This document shows, piece by piece, positions 26,476 to 35,372 of a DNA stretch of 35,372 bases. The notes beneath the pieces were generated by a model. It was given only the letters and a program-made list of their open reading frames with translations, was not told the origin of the DNA and did no database searches. This DNA is from Yuukianura sp. NJ FZ-2021 (lineage: Eukaryota): the NCBI GenBank assembly GCA_046563655.1, contig CM102284.1:9300001-9335372 (forward strand), written 5' to 3'. Position numbers and translations under genes: made by a program. Position 1 is the stretch's first letter. Every line of letters begins with the position of its first letter.

Positions 26476-29400
26476 GGATTGATCTTTGGGATTGAGCTTA
26501 TGGATTGAGCTTTGGGATTGATCTTTGGGATTGATCTTTGGGATTGAGCTTATGGATTGAGCTTTGGGATTGAGCTTTGGGATTGAGCTTTGGGATTGAT
26601 CTTTGGGATTGAGTGTATGGATTGAGCTTTGGGATTGAGCTTAGGGATTGAGCTTATGGATTGAGCTTTGGGATTGAGCTTTGGGATTGAGCTTTGGGAT
26701 TGAGCTTAGGGATTGAGCTTATGGATTGAGCTTTGGGATTGAGCTTTGGGATTGAGCTTTGGGATTGAGCTTTGGGATTGATCTTTGGGATTGAGTGTAT
26801 GGATTGAGCTTTGGGATTGAGCTTAGGGATTGAGCTTAGGGAGTGAGCTTTGGGATTGAGCTTTGGGATTGAGCTTAGGGATTGAGCTTAGGGAGTGAGC
26901 TTTGGGATTGAGCTTTGGGATTGAGCTTTGGGATTGAGCTTTGGGATTGAGCTTTGGGATTGAGCTTAGGGATTGAGCTTTGGGATTGAGCTATGGGATT
27001 GAGCTTTGGGATTGAGCTTTGGGATTGAGCTTAGGGATTGAGCTTTGGGATTGAGCTTAGGGATTGAGCTTAGGGAGTGAGCTTTGGGATTGAGCTTAGG
27101 GATTGAGCTTTGGGATTGAGCTTAGGGATTGAGCTTAGGGAGTGAGCTTTGGGATTGAGCTTTGGGATTGAGCTTAGGGATTGAGCTTAGGGAGTGAGCT
27201 TTGGGATTGAGCTTTGGGATTGAGCTTAGGGATTGAGCTTAGGGAGTGAGCTTTGGGATTGAGCTTTGGGATTGAGCTTTGGGATTGAGCTTAGGGATTG
27301 AGCTTTGGGATTGAGCTTAGGGATTGAGCTTAGGGATTGAGCTTAGGGATTGAGCTTTGGGATTGAGCTTAGGGATTGAGCTTAGGGATTGAGCTTTGGG
27401 ATTGAGCTTAGGGATTGAGCTTTGGGATTGAGCTTAGGGATTGAGCTTAGGGATTGAGCTTAGGGAGTGAGCTTTGGGATTGAGCTTTGGGATTGAGCTT
27501 TGGGATTGAGCTTTGGGATTGAGCTTAGGGATTGAGCTTAGGGATTGAGCTTAGGGAGTGAGCTTTGGGATTGAGCTTAGGGATTGAGCTTTGGGATTGA
27601 GCTTAGGGATTGAGCTTAGGGATTGAGCTTAGGGAGTGAGCTTTGGGATTGAGCTTTGGGATTGAGCTTTGGGATTGAGCTTTGGGATTGAGCTTAGGGA
27701 TTGAGCTTTGGGATTGAGCTTTGGGATTGAGCTTTGGGATTGAGCTTAGGGAGTGAGCTTTGGGATTGAGCTTTGGGATTGAGCTTAGGGATTGAGCTTA
27801 GGGAGTGAGCTTTGGGATTGAGCTTTGGGATTGAGCTTTGGGATTGAGCTTTGGGATTGAGCTTAGGGATTGAGCTTTGGGATTGAGCTTAGGGATTGAG
27901 CTTAGGGAGTGAGCTTTGGGATTGAGCTTAGGGATTGAGCTTTGGGATTGAGCTTAGGGATTGAGCTTAGGGATTGAGTTTTGGGATTGATCTTTGGGTT
28001 TGAGCTTATGGATTGAGCTTTGGGATTGAGCTTTGGGATTGGTCTTTGGGATTGAGCTTATGGATTGAGCTTTGGGATTGAGCTTTGGGATTGATCTTTG
28101 GGATTGAGCTTTGGGATTGAGCTTAGGGATTGAGCTTAGGGAGTGAGCTTTGGGTTTGAGCTTTGGGATTGAGCTTAGGGATTGAGCTTAGGGATTGAGC
28201 TTTGGGATTGAGCTTAGGGATTGAGCTTTGGGATTGAGCTTTGGGATTGAGCTTTGGGATTGAGCTTTGGGATTGAGCTTTGGGATTGAGCTTTGGGATT
28301 GAGCTTAGGGATTGAGCTTTGGGATTGAGCTTAGGGATTGAGCTTAGGGAGTGAGCTTTGGGATTGAGCTTAGGGATTGAGCTTTGGGATTGAGCTTAGG
28401 GATTGAGCTTAGGGATTGAGCTTAGGGATTGAGCTTTGGGATTGAGCTTTGGGATTGAGCTTATGGATTGAGCTTTGGGATTGAGCTTTGGGATTGAGCT
28501 TTGGGATTGAGCTTTGGGATTGAGCTTAGGGATTGAGCTTAGGGAGTGAGCTTTGGGATTGAGCTTTGGGATTGAGCTTTGGGATTGAGCTTTGGGATTG
28601 ATCTTTTGGATTGAGCTTTGGGATTGAGCTTTGGGATTGAGCTTAGGGATTGAGCTTTGGGATTGAGCTTAGGGATTGAGCTTAGGGAGTGAGCTTTGGG
28701 ATTGAGCTTAGGGATTGAGCTTTGGGATTGAGCTTAGGGATTGAGCTTAGGGATTGAGTTTTGGGATTGATCTTTGGGTTTGAGCTTATGGATTGAGCTT
28801 TGGGATTGATTGAGCTTTGGGATTGAGCTTAGGGATTGAGCTTTGGGATTGAGCTTTGGGATTGAGCTTTGGGATTGAGCTTAGGGATTGAGCTTAGGGA
28901 TTGAGCTTAGGGATTGAGTTTTGGGATTGATCTTTGGGATTGAGCTTATGGATTGAGCTTTGGGATTGAGCTTTGGGATTGAGCTTTGGGATTGAGCTTT
29001 GGGATTGAGCTTAGGGATTGAGCTTAGGGAGTGAGCTTTGGGATTGAGCTTTGGGATTGAGCTTAGGGATTGAGCTTAGGGATTGAGCTTTGGGATTGAG
29101 CTTAGGGATTGAGCTTAGGGAGTGAGCTTTGGGTTTGAGCTTTGGGATTGAGCTTAGGGATTGAGCTTAGGGATTGAGCTTAGGGATTGAGTTTTGGGAT
29201 TGATCTTTGGGTTTGAGCTTATGGATTGAGCTTTGGGATTGATCTTTGGGATTGAGCTTATGGATTGAGCTTTGGGATTGAGCTTAGGGATTGAGCTTTG
29301 GGATTGAGCTTTGGGATTGAGCTTAGGGATTGAGCTTAGGGAGTGAGCTTTGGGTTTGAGCTTTGGGATTGAGCTTAGGGATTGAGCTTAGGGATTGAGC

Positions 29401-30772
29401 TTTGGGATTGAGCTTAGGGATTGAGCTTTGGGATTGAGCTTTGGGATTGAGCTTTGGGATTGAGCTTAGGGATTGAGCTTTGGGATTGAGCTTAGGGATT
29501 GAGCTTAGGGAGTGAGCTTTGGGATTGAGCTTTGGGATTGAGCTTAGGGATTGAGCTTAGGGAGTGAGCTTTGGGATTGAGCTTAGGGATTGAGTTTTGG
29601 GATTGATCTTTGGGTTTGAGCTTATGGATTGAGCTTTGGGATTGAGCTTTGGGATTGATCTTTGGGATTGAGCTTATGGATTGAGCTTTGGGATTGAGCT
29701 TAGGGATTGAGTTTTGGGATTGATCTTTGGGATTGAGCTTATGGATTGAGCTTTGGGATTGAGCTTTGGGATTGAGCTTTGGGATTGATCTTTGGGATTG
29801 AGCTTTGGGATTGAGCTTTGGGATTGAGCTTTGGGATTGAGCTTCGGGATTGAGCTTAGGGATTGATCTTTGGGATTGAGCGTATGGATTGAGCTTTGGG
29901 ATTGAGCTTAGGGATTGAGCTTAGGGAGTGAGCTTTGGGATTGAGCTTTGGGATTGAGCTTAGGGATTGAGCTTAGGGAGTGAGCTTTGGGTTTGAGCTT
30001 TGGGATTGAGCTTAGGGATTGAGCCTATGGATTGAGCTTTGGGATTGAGCTTTGGGATTGATCTTTGGGATCGATCTTTGGGATTGATCTTTGGGATTGA
30101 GCTTTGGGATTGAGCTTTGGGATTGATCTTTGGGATTGATCTTTGGGATTGATCTTTGGGATTGAGCTTTGGGATTGAGCTTAGGGATTGAGTTTTGGGA
30201 TTGAGCTTTGGGATTGAGCTTAGGGATTGAGCTTAGGGATTGAGCTTTGGGATTGAGCTTAGGGATTGAGCTTAGGGATTGAGCTTTGGGATTGAGCTTA
30301 CGGATTGAGCTTAGGGAGTGAGCTTTGGGATTGAGCTTTGGGATTGAGCTTAGGGATTGAGCTTTGGGATTGAGCTTAGGGATTGAGCTTAGGGATTGAG
30401 CTTAGGGATTGATCTTTGGGTTTGAGCTTTGGGATTGAGCTTAGGGATTGAGCTTAGGGATTGAGCTTAGGGATTGAGTTTTGGGATTGATCTTTGGGAT
30501 TGAGCTTATGGATTGAGCTTTGGGATTGAGCTTTGGGATTGAGCTTTGGGATTGAGCTTAGGGATTGAGCTTAGGGAGTGAGCTTTGGGATTGAGCTTTG
30601 GGATTGAGCTTAGGGATTGAGCTTTGGGATTGAGCTTAGGGATTGAGTTTTGGGATTGATCTTTGGGATTGAGCTTATGGATTGAGCTTTGGGATTGAGC
30701 TTTGGGATTGAGCTTGGGGATTGATCTTTGGGATTGAGCTTATGGATTGAGCTTTGGGATTGAGCTTTGGGA

Positions 30773-30792
30773 CCTAACCTAACCTAACCTAA
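30773..30792 (-). repeat. (CCTAA)4, the reverse complement of arthropod telomeric TTAGG
   Basis: CCTAACCTAACCTAACCTAA directly at the right end of the 13-bp array. Confidence 0.85.
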
Positions 30793-31043
30793 GGTTTGAC
30801 CTGTCACTTGAATCTCACGACTTTTCATCCCCCTCCAATGACTTGAACTAATCAAATTGTCATTACTAAATTGGGAATAACAGAAATGAGGAAAATGGAG
30901 ATCTGCATAATTGGTTTTTAGTTTATGACTTTTTTTTATTAGTCGATGAAAGTTAAAATTCCAAATTGAGTAAGTTTTGAGAGGTCAAAAGTAGAATTTG
31001 GAGGGCTAATTGTTTAAGCGTCTCTTTTGTGTTGTGCCTGCAG

Positions 31044-32032
31044 GTCCTGTTCTAAATGACCAGCCACTGCTGACGTTCTCGTTTGCTGGGCAAAATGCCG
31101 TTGGGGTCGGCGTTCGGGTGAAGAAAGCTCAGTTATGGGTGAAAGTAAACTATGAATCCAAACTAGGTCCGCAGTTTGGGCAAGTGCTGCACCCCAAGGG
31201 GGTCACGCTCTACGCCTTCCAGGTCAACTACACGCACTCACAGGTCAACCACCTTCGTCCTCAGGTCAGTCACACTGACTACACTCTTATTCTTCCACTA
31301 CTAAGCATTCTAACTTGATTTTGATCACAGGATGTGACCCTTGACCTCGTCGTCTCCAAAACAGTGCCCATCGACTCCTTGGGGTGGCAGAAACTAGATG
31401 TGACAGCCACGGTCCAAAGGTGGTACTCAAAACTGAGTCGCCACCGCATCCGACATTCCCACAACCACAACTACACTCATCCAGGCCACAAACTCACAAT
31501 CCTCATAGACTGCTCGGGATGCGGCACTTCTGTGAAGCCCCTTCTGTTTAGTGATCCCCCGCCCACTCAACTCAGTGAGCCCCACCACAACTCCAGTGAG
31601 CCCCACCACAACCTGGAAGTGCCGTTCTTAGTCCTGGAGACAGAGACAGGCCCTCAAGTGAAGAGGAAGAGAAGGAGGACGCTGGAGTGCAGTCCCCGGC
31701 TGAAGCAGTGCTGCAAACAGCGGTTCTTTGTGAGTTTCCAGGAGTTGGGATGGGAGGACTGGATCATTGCCCCCCGGGGGTACTACGCCAACTACTGCAA
31801 AGGGCACTGCGGCGGAGTCCACCGCACTCCTGACACTTTCCTCAACTACCACACACACGTCATGGAGGAGTATCGCAGAACTGCGCAGGGGCAGATGGAG
31901 CTCAGTGGCCTCACACCCTGCTGCGCCCCCACCAAGTTCTCCTCCATGTCACTCATCTACTTTGGCCCCGATCTCAACATCATCAAGAGAGATCTCCCCA
32001 AAATGATCGTCGAGGAGTGCGGCTGCCCTTGA
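31044..32032 (+). CDS. Actbeta: Activin-beta (inhibin beta chain), last two exons 31044-31264 and 31331-32032; 5' partial
   Basis: Propeptide motifs AQLWV and GWQKLDVT..VQRW; furin site KRKRRR; 9-Cys mature domain CCKQRFFVSFQELGWEDWIIAPRGYYANYC..RTPDTF..CCAPTKFSSMSLIYF..IIKRDLPKMIVEECGCP, typical of arthropod Act-beta. Confidence 0.93.
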
Positions 32033-32594
32033 CCTCAGTAACCTTGACCCCACCCACCGACGGAAAGTGGCGTAGCTAGGAGACAACAAGCTACTTGACC
32101 TCTGTGATTTGGCTGAAGGAAGAGACGGAAGTGTGGCCTTTTGTATTTTGGACTAAACTGAAGTTGTGATAACTCCCGAGATCTAGAAATATAGTTGGAA
32201 ATGGATTAGTTAGGTGCCGTATAGTCATTAGGAGATACCGTCAAGTAGGATACTTAAGTCCTTAGTTTTTGAAAATAATACTACTATTTTATTTGAAAAA
32301 AAAAACAGAGTCAAGTGATAAAATTCCTAAAATTGGACTAGCCTTTGAGACTTTGAATGACCTCACCCCAGGATCCACAAAGAACTGGGACACCAAAAGA
32401 TTTGGTCATCTTTTGTCGCCTTGTTAAAGTTAACACTTTTACAATTGGAATTCCCACTTCATGAGAGGGCTATGAAATTTCAATTCCAGTTCGTTTCCAG
32501 AGGAAGGTTGGGAATTCCTGTCTGTGTCCATGAATAGACTTATTAAAAGTCCTAATAAAGTGTCAAGTACCTTGAGACACAATTGAGGAGGTTC

Positions 32595-34301
32595 TTAGCC
32601 AGCCCAAGTGAGTCCAAAGAGCATGAAGCTGAGGAAACCTTGACCAAAATTGAGCCCTGCATCGAGGAACATGAGCTCCACATAGATTCCAGACAAAGTC
32701 TCCATCACGAGTGTCCACACACAGAGAGCGATTCCCTGGGAAGGAAAAAGTAACCGATTCAAAAGTAATGTTAAAAGTAGGAATAATTCCACACTTACGA
32801 CAAACATGGAGATGGAGAGGAGGAGGAGGAGCACAATGTGGCGCAGGAGCTGCAACTCGTCTGGATCTGCGTCACTTGCGACTTGAGGATTGGCTCCTCG
32901 ATATTGTTGGACCAAGGAGCGACATTGAGTTCTTTGTCTAGCGTCACAAGGATGCTTGGAGGGAGAGCAGAGTTGAGCAGAGTAGCTCAACAAACTCTCT
33001 TCATCCGACTCCACCAAATCCTCAATTTGAGACAAATTTGTGTTGGTGCAGGTCGAGGCTTGGGGACACCCTGCACACTGGAGGGAAGGGCCAGCGGCAA
33101 CTCCATTACTGTTTTCCTCGTTTCCAAGCAGTTCCTCTTCGTCTTCATCCAGCAGTTGAGGTGGAGGAAGTTGAGAGTCGGTCAGTTGCGTTCTGAACTG
33201 CGTCCACTTCCGCTCGTACCGTTGTTGCAACACCAAACAACCAACAGTCACTGTCAACAAATTCAACATTTCAATTCAACACACATTTGCATAGAACAAG
33301 ATGTAAAAATATACATATGGGTTGTAAATAACTATATACATAACGTAATACTTAGGCTGGGCAGCATACCTACAAAGCAGACGACGAGCACGAGGGCGGA
33401 GACACTGGCTTGTGACTTTCCGTACTGGAACAGCGGATTCTGTCTCCTCTCTTCCGTTTCATGTCCCACTGTGAGGAGTAGAACAGCAGTGATGACGGCT
33501 GGAATTCTACGAAACAGAAAGTACAGTACTATTTAGAAATTGGATATTGGAATTACGTTTTCCTTACCCCCATCCAATGAGAGTGAGCCAAGGTCTCATG
33601 CGCAGTAGAAAGCAGAGACTTCTGCATCGAACAAAGACAAGAGTTGTGGCCAAGAGTGCTGTCCAGACGCGGGTACTCAAAATCCCAAAGTAAAAAAGAG
33701 CAAACTGGAAGTAGAGGCCAATGCTGCTCTTCACATCCACTCCAAAAATGCACCACACAATTCCACCAAGGCAGGCCACAACCTTCAACAAACATTAAAA
33801 CAAAATGACACTTCTTCTTTTCATTTTACAACATCAGAGGAGTCCAAAGTAAGGTAGTACCTGTGACAATACTAGACAAAGCGTAATGCAATGAGGAACT
33901 CTTTTCCATTTCTCACTCAAAACGAACACCACAACCACCCACATCTAATAACAAAAAAGTTGAAACATTTAAGAATAACTCTTGGAAAAGTGATAGGAAT
34001 TTGTAGAGTTGTACTGACAGCAGTGACGATTCCAACAATGGAGATGTTGAGGAGGAACTGCTCAAAGTTTCCAATGTAGTCGCTCGGGTCTAAATCTTTG
34101 AGAGAAATCATGCTGGAGGCGAGGAACATGAGGGGAGCAGAAATAAAAGTGCAGGCAACCATGGCTCCAGCAATCTACAAATCCAAATTCATCTTCAAGT
34201 ATTTCCAACATTCTGACTCCGGAATTGTGCGCACAAGGGGAATTTCCTTACCATCTCAACATAAATTTCATAGTGACAGGCAAAGACGAAGACACCGGGA
34301 G
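32595..34301 (-). CDS. GPR155: Integral membrane protein GPR155 (LYCHOS/anchor), 3' part; 5' exons lie beyond the window
   Basis: APGVFVFACHY, MVACTFISAPLMF, FQYGKSQ, QLLRHIVLLLLLSISMFV, SGIYVELMFLDAGLNFGQGFLSFMLFGL. Confidence 0.88.
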
Positions 34302-34559
34302 CTACGGATGACAAAATAGAAATTAAGTGTGTGCTAATGTTGAAAGATTGATATTAGAATTGATAAAAAGATTGTGTGTATAATAATTGTGGGGCTTAGA
34401 CGTAAAAGGGCGTATATCGTTGCCAAGAAAATAATTTAATTCCATTTGTTGATTCTAAGTGAAAGTGCTAATGTGTGAAAAATGTTGTCGGTCTGTCCGT
34501 TCCTCGTTCGCTGGTTTTGAAAGGGTCCAATTTCCTTTTCTTCTGGTAGTTAGTCCGAT

Positions 34560-35342
34560 CGTAGGAAGTGAAATGCTCAAAACAATTTGGCCAAAAGTGA
34601 AAAGATCAGAATTGAAATGGCCAAAAAGTGAAAAGATCAGAATTGAAATGGCCAAAAGTGAAAAGATCAGAATTGAAATGGCCAAAAAGTGAAAAGATCA
34701 GAATTGAAATGGCCAAAAAGTGAAAAGGCCAAAATGTAAAAACGCCAGAATGAAATTGACCAAAAAGTAAAAAGGCCAAAAAGTGAACAGACCAAAAAGT
34801 GAAATGGCCAAAATAAGAAAAGATCAGAAAGAGAAAAGATCAGAATTTGGAAAAAAAATTATTTTCAGTGGGTAACTCGGATTTTCTTCATTTTTGTTTA
34901 CAAATACCTATGAACCCCTGACGTGAAAATATATTTGTTTTTGACCCGCTCTCAAAGGTATTTCGGATTTACAGAATATTTTGAAAATTACAATGTCCCC
35001 ATAAGGGCACATGAAATTTTTTTCTCAAAATAGGTGTTCGCTTATATTTGGTTAAGTTAGGTTACGTTTAATAAGTGCTTAGACAATGGCGTTATAGCCA
35101 TTAGGTTACGTTTGATTAAGTTTCGAAAAATGGGATTTAAAAAAAAGAGTGATATTTCCCATTTTCAAAATTTTCAAAACTTTTTGGTCATTTCACTTTT
35201 TGGTCATTTCACTTTTTGGCCATTTTCTTTCTGGCGTTTTTACACTTTGGCCTTTTCACTTTTTGGCCATTTCACTACTGCCCTTTTCACCTCTGACCAT
35301 TTCACTTTTGGCCAAATTGTTTTGGCCAATTCACATGGAATC
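34560..35342. mobile_element. Foldback/MULE-like non-autonomous element of about 780 bp in a GPR155 intron
   Basis: Left arm has tandem GGCCAAAA(A)GTGAAAAGATCAGAATTGAAAT units and the right arm has inverted TTTCACTTTTTGGCC units; CAAAACAATTTGGCCAAAAGTGAA is inverted at both ends; flanking 8-bp direct repeat AGTCCGAT (34552-59, 35343-50). Confidence 0.75.
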
Positions 35343-35372
35343 AGTCCGATTAACGTTAGCATCAGTCAGGAC

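Larger units (their letters stand above)
19911..30771. repeat. 13-bp satellite GGGATTGAGCTT(T/A), about 10.9 kb, interrupted by four element insertions
   Basis: 13-nt periodicity with recurrent variants (TTAGGG, TTATGG, GATCTT, GGGAGT). Confidence 0.99.

Noticed and set aside
19031-30771. CRISPR array
   Set aside because: Units are contiguous with no unique spacers, the context is eukaryotic, and there are no cas genes.
31573-31613. 21-bp duplication (SEPHHN twice) in the activin prodomain
   Set aside because: Small in-frame slippage in a variable loop, with no sign of function.
32838-33536. Long antisense ORFs (232 aa here; also 10977-11426 and 6207-6656)
   Set aside because: Shadows of real genes or coding repeats on the opposite strand.

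Overview
Gene-dense, short-intron eukaryotic (arthropod, from an RR-2 cuticle protein) genomic window. Left 18.6 kb: TDRD3-like (+), cuticle protein (+), POFUT2 (+), folate receptor (-), PIP4P/TMEM55 (+), RNF168-like E3 ligase (-), SAS10/UTP3 (-), GALNT7-like (+). Centre (19.0-30.8 kb): a 10-bp C-rich tandem array abutting a ~10.9-kb 13-bp G-rich array (GGGATTGAGCTTW, with a TTAGGG-containing variant) that ends in (CCTAA)4. Two small elements sit inside the 13-bp array, and both are duplicated about 3.94 kb apart: a 576-bp TA-flanked TIR element and a 449/450-bp miniature LTR element (TRIM) whose 90-bp LTRs are highly base-pairable and contain a tRNA-5'-half/A-box-like segment. Right: the last two exons of activin-beta, with no visible 5' exon; the 3' part of GPR155, apparently without a DEP domain; and a foldback-type element. 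All calls come from reading the sequence and recalling family motifs; no searches were run.
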